Assembly (NCBI GenBank): GCA_910577175.1
Contig: CAJTLU010000013.1
Span: 4,171 to 68,170 of the forward strand
DNA: 64,000 nucleotides
Direction of reading: 5' to 3'
From: an uncultured Lachnospiraceae bacterium
Lineage (GTDB): Bacteria > Bacillota > Clostridia > Lachnospirales > Lachnospiraceae
The notes beneath the pieces were generated by a model. That model saw only the letters and a program-made list of their open reading frames with translations, made no database searches and was not told where the DNA came from. A program made the translations under genes and the position numbers. Positions 16,565 to 26,730 of the stretch are shown here, one piece after another (the first letter of the stretch is position 1; each line of letters begins with the position of its first letter).

Positions 16565-18235
16565 ATGAGATTTGATGAGACAGAGCTGACCGCGCCGATT
16601 CTGCGTGCCGTGGCCGAAATGGGATTTGAGGAAATGACACCGATTCAGGCGGCGGCTATTCCGGTAGTGTTGGAAGGAAAGGATATTATCGGACAGGCGC
16701 AGACCGGTACAGGAAAGACGGCAGCGTTCGGGATTCCGCTGTTGCAGCGGGTGAACCCAAAGGACAGGAGCCTGCAGGCACTGGTACTTTGCCCGACAAG
16801 AGAGCTTGCGATTCAGGTGGCGGAGGAAATCCGGAAGCTTGCAAAGTTTATGCATGGGATTAAGGTGCTGCCGATTTACGGCGGACAAGATATTACAAAG
16901 CAGATTCGTTCCTTAAAGGGCGGCGTACAGGTGATTATCGGGACGCCGGGCCGTGTAATGGACCATATGCGCCGTCATACCCTGAAAATGGAGACGGTAA
17001 AGACCGTAACGCTTGACGAGGCGGATGAGATGTTAAACATGGGATTCCGGGAGGATATTGAGCTGATTCTGGGCGAGCTTCCCGAGGAGCGCCAGACGCT
17101 TTTATTTTCTGCGACGATGCCGCAGCCGATTATGGAACTGGCAGCAACGTACCAGAAAGACGCGGAGCTTGTCCGTGTGGTAAAGCGTGAATTAACTGTG
17201 CCGAAAATCGAGCAGTATTATTATGAGGTACGCCAGAAGAATAAGCCGGAGGTGCTTTCGCGTCTTCTGGATATGTATGACCCGAAGCGGGCGCTGGTAT
17301 TTTGCAATACGAAAAAGCTTGTGGACGAGCTGGTTTCGGATTTGCAGCTGCGGGGCTACTTTGCAGACGGGCTGCATGGCGACTTGAAGCAGCAGCAGAG
17401 AGACCGCGTCATGGAAGCGTTCCGTAACGGAAAGATTGATATTTTGGTCGCTACCGACGTTGCCGCAAGAGGGATTGATGTGGATGACGTGGAAGCGGTA
17501 TTTAACTATGATATTCCGCAGGATGACGAGTATTATGTGCATCGTATCGGCAGAACCGGCAGAGCCGGGCGTGTAGGAACCTCTCATACACTGGTAGTCG
17601 GCAGGGAAATCTACAAGCTGAAGGATATCATGCGCTATTGCAAAACAAAGATTCACATGCGCCCGGTGCCGTCGGTAAACGACATTAACACGATACGGGC
17701 GGAAAAGCTGATGAGCCGTGTGGATGAGCTGATTGCAGGCGGCGAGCTCCGCAGTATGACAGAGATTATCGAAAAGCATATGGAGGAAGCCGATTGTACT
17801 GCGTTAGAGATAGCAGCAGCACTCTTAAAGCTTTCAATGGGCGAGTCTTCCGAAACGATAATGGACGAAGGACTTGACATGAGCGAAGGAGAAGGGAAGG
17901 CTGCAAGAGTCCGCCTGTTTGTGAATGTCGGTAAGAAGGACAATGTACGTCCGGGCGATATTGTCGGCGCGATTGCGGGCGAAAGCGGCATGCCGGGTCA
18001 GCTGATCGGAGCTATTAAAATGTACGATAACTATACCTTTGTTGAGGTGCCGGGCGAGTATGTGGATGAAGTGCTGCAGGCAATGAAGAATGTAAAGATT
18101 AAGGGAAGAGACGTACATATGGAGCGGGCGAACAAAGGAGGAAAATCCGAGGACAGAGGAAGCGGAAGAAGCAAAAGCGGAAAGTCCGGCGGAAGAAGTA
18201 CAAAGGGAAGAGGAAAAAGCGAAGGAAAGCGATAA
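16565..18235 (+). CDS. DEAD-box ATP-dependent RNA helicase (CshA/DeaD-like) with DbpA-type RNA-binding domain and basic tail
   Basis: Q motif, AQTGTGKTAAF, DEAD, SAT, HRIGRTGRAG. C-terminal G/S/K/R-rich tail. Confidence 0.95.
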   Translation: MRFDETELTAPILRAVAEMGFEEMTPIQAAAIPVVLEGKDIIGQAQTGTGKTAAFGIPLLQRVNPKDRSLQALVLCPTRELAIQVAEEIRKLAKFMHGIKVLPIYGGQDITKQIRSLKGGVQVIIGTPGRVMDHMRRHTLKMETVKTVTLDEADEMLNMGFREDIELILGELPEERQTLLFSATMPQPIMELAATYQKDAELVRVVKRELTVPKIEQYYYEVRQKNKPEVLSRLLDMYDPKRALVFCNTKKLVDELVSDLQLRGYFADGLHGDLKQQQRDRVMEAFRNGKIDILVATDVAARGIDVDDVEAVFNYDIPQDDEYYVHRIGRTGRAGRVGTSHTLVVGREIYKLKDIMRYCKTKIHMRPVPSVNDINTIRAEKLMSRVDELIAGGELRSMTEIIEKHMEEADCTALEIAAALLKLSMGESSETIMDEGLDMSEGEGKAARVRLFVNVGKKDNVRPGDIVGAIAGESGMPGQLIGAIKMYDNYTFVEVPGEYVDEVLQAMKNVKIKGRDVHMERANKGGKSEDRGSGRSKSGKSGGRSTKGRGKSEGKR

Positions 18236-18242
18236 AACAGCC

Positions 18243-18276
18243 GGGGCTGCGCTGCGTGCGACAGCCCCATTTTTAT
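18243..18276. terminator. Terminator between the convergent helicase and MATE genes
   Basis: ggggctg/cagcccc stem followed by attttta. Confidence 0.65.
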
Positions 18277-18343
18277 AAATTTTTATAAGTCCCTTTTCTG
18301 ACTGTCAATACAGCTACAGCCTTATTTCTGTAAACACAACGTA

Positions 18344-19726
18344 TCACCGGACATCCTTTCTCTCTTCCTCCTGGAAGATGCGGAACAGCACCAGGACTGC
18401 GGCAATTGCCAGAATAAATTCGGCGGTAAGCTGCGCGTAGGCAAGGCCGTAAAGCGGGACCAGCCAGTTTAAAAGGTAGAGCGCTGGTATTTCAAGCACG
18501 ATTTTCCGGAGCAGCGCAAAGAGAAATGCCTTTTTTCCCATGCCGCATGCCTGGAATACGCCGACAGCAAGAAAGTCCATACAGAGAAACGGAAGGGAGA
18601 GGCACATGCCGCGGAGGAATTTTGCACCATAGTCTACGATTGCCTCATTTTTCATAAACAAGGAAATCCAGAAAGACGCGCCGATATAGTAGCCGACCGT
18701 AATGAGTGCCAGAAAGGCAAGGGAAAGTTTGGCGGAGAAGGTGACGGTCTGTTTCATGCGGGCAGTATTTCTGCTGGCATAGTTATAGCTGATAAGCGGC
18801 ATAATGCCCTGCGAAACGCCCATGGTAATATACATCGGCACCATATTGACCTTTTGCGCGATGCCCATGGCGGAAACTGCGTCCGGTCCGTAGACGGAGG
18901 TAAAATTGTTCAATACGGTCATGCCGGTGACATTCAGCAGGTTCTGGATGGAGGCAGGAATCCCGACGCCGCATACGCCGAGAAGAATTGCCCGTTTCAT
19001 GCTAAAGGCGCGTGGTGAAATGCAGACAAAGGTGCTTTTGCGTTTTACAAAGAGAAAAACAAAAAAGTATACGCAGGCAACACAGTTTGCAAGGAAGGTT
19101 GCCAGTCCCGCGCCTGCGGCGCCCATATTGAACCCCCACGGGAGAATGAAAACCGGGTCCAGTATAATGTTTAATATGCAGCCGCTCATGGTACCAAGGC
19201 TTGCGTGGAGCGTGGAACCCTCCGAGCGTACAAGGTAGGCAAGTACCACATTCAGAATTGCCGGTACCGCGCCAAAGGATACGGTCCATTTCAGATATTC
19301 CCCGGTGACTGCGGCGGTCTGCGCATCTGCGCCGAGCAGAGTAAGAAGCGGGGTTTTCCCGATGGTAACAAGCAGGGAAAACAGGGCGCCGCAGAAGATG
19401 GCGCAATAAAAGCCAAAGGCAGAGCTGCGGCGTACCGTATCATAATCCTTTCTGCCCAATGCCCGGCTCATCATGCTGGAGCTGCCGACACCGAACAAAT
19501 TGTTGACTGCATTAAAGGCTAACAGCACTGGCGCCGCCAGAGTTACGGCAGAATTCTGGATAGAATTATTTAACATACCAACAAAGTAAGTATCCGCAAG
19601 ATTGTAAATTACCATGACAAGCGAACTGATAACGGTCGGTATGGATAAGACCAGAATTGCCTTCGGGACAGGCGTCTGTTCAAATAAAGCTGTTTTTTTA
19701 GCTGCTTTTTCCTGCTCTTCGTTCAT
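18344..19726 (-). CDS. MATE family efflux transporter
   Basis: 460 aa, 12 predicted TM helices, typical MATE N-terminus (PTVISSLVMVIYNLADTYFVG). Confidence 0.9.
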   Translation of the reverse strand: MNEEQEKAAKKTALFEQTPVPKAILVLSIPTVISSLVMVIYNLADTYFVGMLNNSIQNSAVTLAAPVLLAFNAVNNLFGVGSSSMMSRALGRKDYDTVRRSSAFGFYCAIFCGALFSLLVTIGKTPLLTLLGADAQTAAVTGEYLKWTVSFGAVPAILNVVLAYLVRSEGSTLHASLGTMSGCILNIILDPVFILPWGFNMGAAGAGLATFLANCVACVYFFVFLFVKRKSTFVCISPRAFSMKRAILLGVCGVGIPASIQNLLNVTGMTVLNNFTSVYGPDAVSAMGIAQKVNMVPMYITMGVSQGIMPLISYNYASRNTARMKQTVTFSAKLSLAFLALITVGYYIGASFWISLFMKNEAIVDYGAKFLRGMCLSLPFLCMDFLAVGVFQACGMGKKAFLFALLRKIVLEIPALYLLNWLVPLYGLAYAQLTAEFILAIAAVLVLFRIFQEEERKDVR

Positions 19727-19900
19727 CTTCTTACACCGTAAAATCCCTTTTCATCTGTCTGCTTCGTCTGCTGCTACCGCGGAGACCTTTGCAGGAAATG
19801 CCGGAATTTTCCTTTCTTATTCTATTTTACTCGAATTAAGATAAAATATCAAGCGAAGAGCAAGCGCCCTGTTTGGTCTCCGCATTTTGTATATCCCCTT

Positions 19901-19946
19901 CTGCAAGCGCTTTGCGCTTGCAGAAAAGTCGGTAAGGGGGTATAAT
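19901..19946 (+). promoter_or_regulatory. Promoter with a palindrome overlapping the -35
   Basis: ctgcaagcgc-ttt-gcgcttgcag (19901-19923). -35 TTGCAG, 17-nt spacer, -10 TATAAT (19941-19946). Confidence 0.55.
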
Positions 19947-20066
19947 GATAAGAAATACGATTTCATTGTTTTAGGAAACGGTATTAATGTGGATTTTGCT
20001 GAAATTCAAAAAAGTGTTGTATTGAATGCGGGATATATTCTTGAAAAATGGAAGGAGAAGAATGGA

Positions 20067-20984
20067 ATGAGAAAAGTGAGTAGTCTCATTTTGATGTTCG
20101 TATTGATGCTGGCCTTAAGCGGTTGTAAAATTTCACGTCTCGTTGAGGACAAATGGAGTAGTCATTATGATCCGTTTTATGCAGAGACGGTAGATTCATT
20201 ATTGAAATATATAGACGACGGCGATAAAGACGGCGTAAAATCGTTATTGTGCAACGGTTTGAAAAATTCTAAGGATATCGATGCGAAGATTGAAGCATTG
20301 GTGGAAGGATTTGAAGGCGACATAGTTCGTACCACCAAACATGATACAAATACTTTTAGTGAAGGCTCAGCCGGAAAGAATTACAACAGTGCATTTCTTA
20401 GTCAAATGTTTTATATTATAACAGATAAGCAAAAATATGGGATATATGTAGCGGTCTGCCCTATTGATGAGAAGGATGAGGAGGGTGAAGATTTAATCGG
20501 CATTTATAATGTGTACATAAGAACATTGGATTATCAAGCAGGTGACATTAAAGCAAAGGAAGTCGAAGAGATTAAGATTGCAAACCATATTTGCCGTGTG
20601 ACTTCCAATTATGGTGACAGCAGTAATTACTTAGTAGCCCAGACAGGTACGAAATTTGAAGTTATTGACCTTTATAGAATCATAAACCCTCAAAGCATTG
20701 TAACATATGACGATATAACTGCATGGACAAGCAGGGATTTTAGTAGTTTCCAAGATAAGTTCGGATCTCCATATGCAGAGCGCCTTGATAATGCCAGCGA
20801 GCATGCAGCGGTTGACGTATATATCTATGAGATTTCAGATAGCGATAAATATGCTATAGTAGCGGTTGGTAGAGAAAGCGGGGTGATTAATGCACTTTCT
20901 GTGGTAGATATAGACAGCCCGTGGAGTAAGGAGAGTCAATATGAACGTATCATTCATTTGGAGAAGGGCTCTGGAGATGAATGA
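20067..20984 (+). CDS. Lipoprotein, function unknown
   Basis: Start moved to ATG 20067 (SD ggaaggagaa). Lipobox LALSGC. Confidence 0.7.
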   Translation: MRKVSSLILMFVLMLALSGCKISRLVEDKWSSHYDPFYAETVDSLLKYIDDGDKDGVKSLLCNGLKNSKDIDAKIEALVEGFEGDIVRTTKHDTNTFSEGSAGKNYNSAFLSQMFYIITDKQKYGIYVAVCPIDEKDEEGEDLIGIYNVYIRTLDYQAGDIKAKEVEEIKIANHICRVTSNYGDSSNYLVAQTGTKFEVIDLYRIINPQSIVTYDDITAWTSRDFSSFQDKFGSPYAERLDNASEHAAVDVYIYEISDSDKYAIVAVGRESGVINALSVVDIDSPWSKESQYERIIHLEKGSGDE

Positions 20985-21040
20985 AAAGGAAGTTTAAGGG
21001 ATGAAAGATTCCCTCTTGACTTTATTTATTTATTTTTTTA

Positions 21041-21054
21041 TAATATCAATATTA
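21041..21054. promoter_or_regulatory. Candidate Fur/PerR-type box
   Basis: TAATAT-ca-ATATTA inverted repeat in the AT-rich region 36 nt upstream of the Fur-family gene. Confidence 0.35.
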
Positions 21055-21089
21055 GTAACTCCTATTGTTTTTAGAAATGGGGAATTAAT

Positions 21090-21482
21090 ATGATGAAACA
21101 AAGCAAACAGCGGAATGCGATTTTGGACTATTTGCGCAGTACAAATTCCCATCCTACCGCCGATACGATTTATGAAAATGTCCGGAAAAAAATACCGAAT
21201 ATCAGTCTCGGTACAGTTTACCGGAATCTGAACATGTTGGCAGAGACAGGCGAGATTCTCCGCCTTGTCTGCGGCGGCAGCAGTGACCGGTACGACGGCT
21301 TTACAAAGCCGCATTATCATTTTCTGTGCAGGGAATGCGGCAGTGTGTCAGACCTTGAAATGGCTTCTCTTGACCATATTGATGTGATTGCCGGCGCAGG
21401 CTTTACAGGAACAGTCGAAGGACATTTTGCTTATTTTTACGGGGTATGTCCGGCATGTTTAAGACAGGAGGACACACCGTAG
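21090..21482 (+). CDS. Fur-family transcriptional regulator (PerR-like)
   Basis: QRNAILDYL...HPTADTIY...ISLGTVYRNL winged helix. HYHFLCRECG and CPAC zinc motifs. Adjacent to rubrerythrin. Confidence 0.9.
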   Translation: MMKQSKQRNAILDYLRSTNSHPTADTIYENVRKKIPNISLGTVYRNLNMLAETGEILRLVCGGSSDRYDGFTKPHYHFLCRECGSVSDLEMASLDHIDVIAGAGFTGTVEGHFAYFYGVCPACLRQEDTP

Positions 21483-21634
21483 CCCGTTTCTTCACCGACG
21501 GTCCTTGGAAATTAAAAGATTTTTTTAAAAGCACTTGACAGGCAGTTAAATCTTTGTTAAACTAATATCAGTAAAAGTTACTGTTTTCTGTTGCGGCACT
21601 GCCGCTCAATCATATAAAAGAAAAGGAGGATGCT

Positions 21635-22213
21635 GTGCGTAAGACGGGTGCGCGGCACAGCGAAAAAAGTATGGCAAAATATGTATGTCAGGTATGTGGT
21701 TATGTGCATGAAGGTGATTCCGCTCCGGAAAGCTGTCCGGTATGTAAGGCTCCTGCTGAGAAGTTTGTAGAGCAGGCGGGCGAGAAGGTATGGGCTGCAG
21801 AGCATGTGGTAGGCGTTGCAAAGGGTGTCAGCGAGGATATTTTAAAGGATCTCCGCGCAAACTTTGAAGGCGAGTGCTGTGAGGTCGGCATGTACCTTGC
21901 AATGGCAAGAGTGGCTCACCGTGAGGGGTATCCGGAGATTGGCATGTACTATGAGAAGGCAGCTTATGAAGAGGCAGAGCATGCGGCTAAGTTTGCAGAG
22001 CTGCTTGGTGAAGTAGTGACCGACAGTACGAAGAAGAACTTACAGCTCCGTGTAGATGCAGAGAACGGTGCGACCGCAGGCAAGACCGATCTTGCAAAGC
22101 GCGCAAAGGCTGCAAACCTCGATGCAATCCATGATACTGTGCATGAGATGGCAAGAGACGAGGCAAGACATGGCAAGGCGTTTGAAGGTCTGTTAAAGAG
22201 ATATTTCGGCTAA
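21635..22213 (+). CDS. rbr: Reverse rubrerythrin (N-terminal rubredoxin, C-terminal ferritin-like di-iron domain)
   Basis: [10 protein letters not shown]...CPVCKAP, then ExxH di-iron motifs ([20 protein letters not shown]). GTG 21635 has SD aaggagga; ATG 21671 is the alternative start. Confidence 0.9.
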   Translation: MRKTGARHSEKSMAKYVCQVCGYVHEGDSAPESCPVCKAPAEKFVEQAGEKVWAAEHVVGVAKGVSEDILKDLRANFEGECCEVGMYLAMARVAHREGYPEIGMYYEKAAYEEAEHAAKFAELLGEVVTDSTKKNLQLRVDAENGATAGKTDLAKRAKAANLDAIHDTVHEMARDEARHGKAFEGLLKRYFG

Positions 22214-22231
22214 GAAATAGCCATAAATTAA

Positions 22232-22264
22232 GGGGCTGCCGCAGAAAGCGGCGGCCCCTTTTTC
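22232..22264 (+). terminator. Rho-independent terminator
   Basis: 11-bp stem ggggctgccgc/gcggcggcccc, loop agaaa, then ttttt. Confidence 0.8.
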
Positions 22265-22424
22265 CAAGCAGAGAAAATCTTTATATTGTAACAGGGAAAG
22301 CCGTTGCTTTTTTTCAATAAAATGGTTGATTATCTCAAAAAAGCCTTGATATACGGGCATACACGCAGGATTTCAATCCTGCCCCCGCTTTTGTCCGCTC
22401 AATGGCTGTGTACTGGAAAAATTT

Positions 22425-22650
22425 TTACCGGTGACGTCTGCGCATGTTCCGGATGAGGGAAGCCTCTTCCACGGTATCTGGTTTATGATGGTGCGGTCTG
22501 TGGAAGCGGCAGCGCAGGGATCCGGTGAAGCCGTTATAACGGCGCTTCGAGCGGTGGATATACTGCCTGTTGGCTTGGTATTTGCAGGCAGCGTCGGAAA
22601 CACCATGCTTTTCAACATATCCTGCAACCTTTATACGCGAAAAGCAGAAA
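22425..22650 (-). pseudogene. Relic of an IS transposase/integrase N-terminal HTH region
   Basis: Unlisted minus-strand frame reads RIKVAGYVEKHGVSDAACKYQANRQYIHRSKRRYNGFTGSLRCRFHRPHHHKPDTVEEASLIRNMRRRHR*. It has no start codon, is bounded by TGA upstream and TAA at 22425-22427, and has no catalytic domain. Confidence 0.5.
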
Positions 22651-22653
22651 TTT

Positions 22654-22709
22654 CATTGATTTTCTGAAAGAAATGTGGCATAATATTACATCAGGGTTGT
22701 TCTGATGTA
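22654..22709 (+). promoter_or_regulatory. Promoter plus 5' hairpin ahead of the AT-rich methyltransferase gene
   Basis: -35 TTGATT, 17-nt spacer, extended -10 TGgCATAAT. 8-bp hairpin tacatcag/ctgatgta at 22687-22709. About 180-nt leader. Confidence 0.5.
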
Positions 22710-22871
22710 TCGAAAGGAGCAATCAAATAGCAATTCAAAGTAACTTATCCACATTATAGGAAAAACAGAGTTACAATTAAATGTGTACACGAACAAACAG
22801 GATTAGTGCGAAATACGAGTTCAGACCTGTATAATGACAAAGCAACAAGAGTTGATTGAGGAGGGGGCATT

Positions 22872-23873
22872 TTGGCGAAATACATTTCAAGTTTTATTAC
22901 TGGATTTGACTCAGTCATTGGTGTTGCCATGACTCGTTTACTTCCCGGGGTTAAAATTATAAACGTATATGATGGTTTGGTATATTATTCTTATAGTGGT
23001 AATGCACAAAACATAAATCGTTTGTCTTTTTTTAATAATTCTTTTTTGGTTTATAAAGTATATAAAGGAAGTTCTTTGTCTTTTGATAAAATGGTATCTC
23101 AGGCATCTGTTCCCGTGGATAGGGGAGAAAGACCAGGAACATTTCGAGTTAGATTTTCTAAAGAAAATCAATTTACCAAGGTGGGAAAACAAACTGCTTT
23201 TGTTGCAGAGAAAATAATTTCTAGTAAGAACAAAATGAAAGTTGATAGGATTAATCCTCAAAGTGAATATTGGTTTATTATCCGGAGCGAAAATATAGGT
23301 TTTTTTGGGAAATTATTACGTAAAAGGAAGACAACAGAAAAAGCGTTACACAAGGGTGAATTAAGACCTGAATTTGCTTTTCTTATGTGTGCTTTTGCAG
23401 GAATTAAGCATAATGAAATAATATGTGATCCTTTTGCGGGTTATGGAGCTATACCCATTCAGGCTGTACAGTCGCATGGGATAGGGAAAATATATGTTTT
23501 TGATAATGACAAGAATCTTGTAGACAGGCTAAATAACATTAAGACATTGAAACATTGTGCATGTAAGGTTAGTATAAAATGTGAGGATGCTTTGCAATTG
23601 GAATCTATTAAAGATAATGAGATAAGTCTGATTTTAACAGACCCGCCGTGGGGCTATTATGAAGACATTCCGAATATTGAGGAATTTTATAACGCCATGT
23701 TTAAGTCTTTTAAGCGAATATTGAAGACCGAAGGCAGAGCAGTAATATTATCTGCAAGGAAGAATGAAATTGTTGCTGCTGTAAAAAATGAAAAAGGATA
23801 TATAACTAAACACATAGATACACTTGTTAATGGAAAAAAAGCGGGTATATATATGGTTCAGTTTGATAAATAG
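22872..23873 (+). CDS. SAM-dependent methyltransferase, THUMP-like N-terminus plus UPF0020-type (DPPWG) catalytic domain
   Basis: CDPFAGYGAIPIQA (SAM motif I) and LILTDPPWGYY (motif IV). TTG start with SD gaggaggggg. Visibly AT-richer than neighbours. Confidence 0.75.
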   Translation: MAKYISSFITGFDSVIGVAMTRLLPGVKIINVYDGLVYYSYSGNAQNINRLSFFNNSFLVYKVYKGSSLSFDKMVSQASVPVDRGERPGTFRVRFSKENQFTKVGKQTAFVAEKIISSKNKMKVDRINPQSEYWFIIRSENIGFFGKLLRKRKTTEKALHKGELRPEFAFLMCAFAGIKHNEIICDPFAGYGAIPIQAVQSHGIGKIYVFDNDKNLVDRLNNIKTLKHCACKVSIKCEDALQLESIKDNEISLILTDPPWGYYEDIPNIEEFYNAMFKSFKRILKTEGRAVILSARKNEIVAAVKNEKGYITKHIDTLVNGKKAGIYMVQFDK

Positions 23874-23905
23874 GATGGTACAAATAATCTCTACATTTCC
23901 ACATT

Positions 23906-23948
23906 TTTGAGATGGGGGTGCGGACAAAAACCGGACTCCCATCTCAAA
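23906..23948. terminator. Bidirectional hairpin between convergent genes
   Basis: 11-bp perfect stem tttgagatggg/cccatctcaaa. Confidence 0.6.
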
Positions 23949-23953
23949 ACGAA

Positions 23954-24859
23954 TCATTTCAGGTCAGGGCTGCTGCTTTTTACCGGTATCCATAGTTCGC
24001 AAAAGATATTTTCCGGATTTTTATCAAAGTATACCTCATAATCAGTTTCGATACAGCTCTCATAACCGCTGTAAGGGAGAAATTCCTTATAGAAATTTTC
24101 CCAGGCGCGGGCAATACAATCCCCTTCATTCCCGATACATTGAAATACCACATAGGTGCAGGGTTCCGTTTCCCAGTAACGGTAGTGGTGCTTTTTTAAA
24201 AAGGCATCGTCAACATCCGGGTGGTTATCGTTTAACAGGATACCAATTCCATATTCAAAACTGGTTTCCTGTTCTTTTAAAGGAGCGCAGAGCCCGTATA
24301 AGTGCCCTTCGTTTCGACATTGCAGGGATTTCATGGGTTCTATCAGGTGTCGGGCATAGCATTCGTTCCAGAAATCAGGAATGTCCTGCCTGCTGTCATC
24401 GCAGATGATTTCAGTAGGAAATTCCCTGACAACGGCAATAAATTTCTGCCGTTTTGTCTGTTCTATTCTATAATCGATTTTTTTGCCTCCCTCAAAGGAT
24501 ACGTTTATGGTCAGCGGGTTAAACAGGACAAGCTGTGAACCTGCAGCCTTTGCATGTTTTGGTGCAATTCCGTGAAAACGCGTAAATGCCTTTGTAAATC
24601 CGGCTTGTGATTCAAAGCCATACTTTATTGCAAGCTCAATGATTTTTTTGTCTGTTTCAAGTAGTTCCTGTCCTGCCAGAGAGAGCCGCCTGTTCCGGAT
24701 ATAGGTATTTAATGTCATTCCTGACATAAAGCTGAACGCTCTGTGAAACTCATATGGCGATAGGTTTACCTGTCTTGCTACATCATCAAAGCGAATGTCT
24801 TCCAGCAGGTGTTTTTCAACATAGCAGATTGCCTTTTGCAGCATCATAATCCATTCCAT
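23954..24859 (-). CDS. AraC-family regulator with GyrI-like effector-binding domain
   Basis: HTH_AraC (FDDVARQVNLSPYEFHRAF...GFESQAGFTKAF). Start moved to ATG 24859 (SD aaggagg). Confidence 0.85.
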   Translation of the reverse strand: MEWIMMLQKAICYVEKHLLEDIRFDDVARQVNLSPYEFHRAFSFMSGMTLNTYIRNRRLSLAGQELLETDKKIIELAIKYGFESQAGFTKAFTRFHGIAPKHAKAAGSQLVLFNPLTINVSFEGGKKIDYRIEQTKRQKFIAVVREFPTEIICDDSRQDIPDFWNECYARHLIEPMKSLQCRNEGHLYGLCAPLKEQETSFEYGIGILLNDNHPDVDDAFLKKHHYRYWETEPCTYVVFQCIGNEGDCIARAWENFYKEFLPYSGYESCIETDYEVYFDKNPENIFCELWIPVKSSSPDLK

Positions 24860-24969
24860 CGCCACAGCCTCCTTTTTGTCAATAATGCTATTTTTCTTGA
24901 GTTTCCGCATTTTGCATATACCTTTGTGTCCTGGTGACTAAAAATTGCGGAAACTCAAGTGCTATTTTG

Positions 24970-25905
24970 TCAGAGTTCCAATTTCTGATTCATGTTTAAT
25001 ACCGTTTTTAATGTAAGGAAGGCCTCCTTTACATCCAGACAGGATGTCTGACCGGATTGTAAACATTGGAATACATGTTTTAAGACCGCTTCGTAACAGT
25101 CGGACTGTAATAAGGGGATTTCCTCTTTCTTTTCATTACAAAACAATTCAAGTGCAGTTTTCATTTGTCCGTCGGAGTATCCGTCTTCGTAATAGCGAAT
25201 TACGGCAGATTCAAAGACTGCCTCATATCCGACCGAAAACGGGAAGGTTCCCGGCATTGCTGAAGCGCCTCTGACAAAGGCAAGGGCATCTTTATAGGCT
25301 AAGCAAGCCGTCACTAGCGACTGCTGTTCCCGCACCTCTGTTCCGTTTACGGAAATTCGTTCCGGCTCGCCCATGAGTCTGACGACAAAATCGATATCAT
25401 GGATCATTAAATTGATTCCGATATGCTTTGTATCCAGATTTCCCCACCATGGCGGCGTTTCTCTCTTTACTTGTAATTCTTTTAACTGTCCGTAGGAATT
25501 CTCCCTTACAATATGATAGAGATATTGATAAGCGTATTCAAACCGCAAAAATAAATCCACAAATGCCCGTTTGCCGCACCGGTCCGCTGTTTCTAAAATC
25601 GCCGTTGCGTCCTCTAAAGACTCTGCCAGAGGTGTTTCTATTAAAACATTCTTTCCGGCATGAAGCGCTTTGATTGCAGTCTCTTTATGCAGATGATTCG
25701 GAAGGCAGATGTCTACCAGTTCAATTTCATCATCGCTCCATATTTTTTCCATTGTACCGGTAATTTCTACATGAAATTTTTCCTGTAGCTCTTTTAATTT
25801 TTTTTCCTGCCTGCCCCATACAATTATTTGTGCGGCGTCTGTTATCTTTGTCCATAATTCAACATGATATGCCCCGAAGCCGGTACCCAAAACAGCAATC
25901 TTCAT
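24970..25905 (-). CDS. Gfo/Idh/MocA-family NAD(P)-dependent oxidoreductase
   Basis: N-terminal Rossmann MKIAVLGTGFGAYH; EKP-like block LIETPLAESL. Confidence 0.8.
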   Translation of the reverse strand: MKIAVLGTGFGAYHVELWTKITDAAQIIVWGRQEKKLKELQEKFHVEITGTMEKIWSDDEIELVDICLPNHLHKETAIKALHAGKNVLIETPLAESLEDATAILETADRCGKRAFVDLFLRFEYAYQYLYHIVRENSYGQLKELQVKRETPPWWGNLDTKHIGINLMIHDIDFVVRLMGEPERISVNGTEVREQQSLVTACLAYKDALAFVRGASAMPGTFPFSVGYEAVFESAVIRYYEDGYSDGQMKTALELFCNEKKEEIPLLQSDCYEAVLKHVFQCLQSGQTSCLDVKEAFLTLKTVLNMNQKLEL

Positions 25906-25996
25906 AAGCAGTTCCTCTTTCCTGTAAATTTTTATGAAAGAAGTATATCATTTATTTTGGTTCCGTTCTTTGCCCGGCTTGCGCAGTTTTGTCAAG

Positions 25997-26509
25997 TCAG
26001 TGTTGCGTTCGTTCGTGTTCCAGCAAAAGACGCTTCAGTTCAATGCCGCCCGCGTAGCCGGTCAGGCTTCCGTCTGTGCCTATGACGCGGTGGCACGGAA
26101 TAATAATGGAGATCGGGTTATGACCGACGGCGCCGCCGACTGCCTGGGCAGACATGTGTTCCTTTTTAGTGAGCGCTGCCACCTTTTTGGCAAGCCCGCC
26201 GTAGGTCACGGTCTGCCCGTATGGGATTTCAAGCAGCAGCTTCCAGACCATCTGGCGGAATTCTCCTCCGGCGGGAGCAAGCGAAAGCCAGACAGGGTCC
26301 GGTTTCCCGCCTGCAAAGTAGCGGTCAAGCCATGCTTTTGTCTTTTGGAACACCGGCAGATCGTCTCTTTGCTGTGGCGTTTTAGCGAGCGTGTCGGAAA
26401 AATACTTTTGCCCTTCTATCCATAAACCGACAAGGGCATCGTCCGTACCGGCTAAGGTCAGGACTCCGACCGGAGAGGAATAGCGGGTAGAATAGATAGT
26501 GGAATGCAT
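25997..26509 (-). CDS. ogt: Methylated-DNA--protein-cysteine methyltransferase
   Basis: Active site IIIPCHRVIG. Start moved to ATG 26509 (SD aaaggag). Confidence 0.9.
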   Translation of the reverse strand: MHSTIYSTRYSSPVGVLTLAGTDDALVGLWIEGQKYFSDTLAKTPQQRDDLPVFQKTKAWLDRYFAGGKPDPVWLSLAPAGGEFRQMVWKLLLEIPYGQTVTYGGLAKKVAALTKKEHMSAQAVGGAVGHNPISIIIPCHRVIGTDGSLTGYAGGIELKRLLLEHERTQH

Positions 26510-26730
26510 AACGGCTCCTTTCCTGTTTTTGTATGCGCTTACGCTTTGACGGACTTCCTCCTGGTGTACTGTCCGGCTCATATTTCGCCAAATTGCCTGC
26601 CTGAATTTCCATCTGCCGCGTTGTCATCAATCGACGTAGCCACCGCTGCGCCTCCTTCCTCCGCCTTGCAGACTGAAAATTCATTCTGCGTCATTTGGCT
26701 GAAAATGAACCAGAGAGCACACTAGTGCTG

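Noticed and set aside
22373-22667. Track ORFs 22373-22627 (-) and 22431-22667 (+).
   Set aside because: Neither has an SD or recognisable content. A third, start-less minus-strand frame gives a clear transposase HTH relic, which explains the GC-rich patch better.
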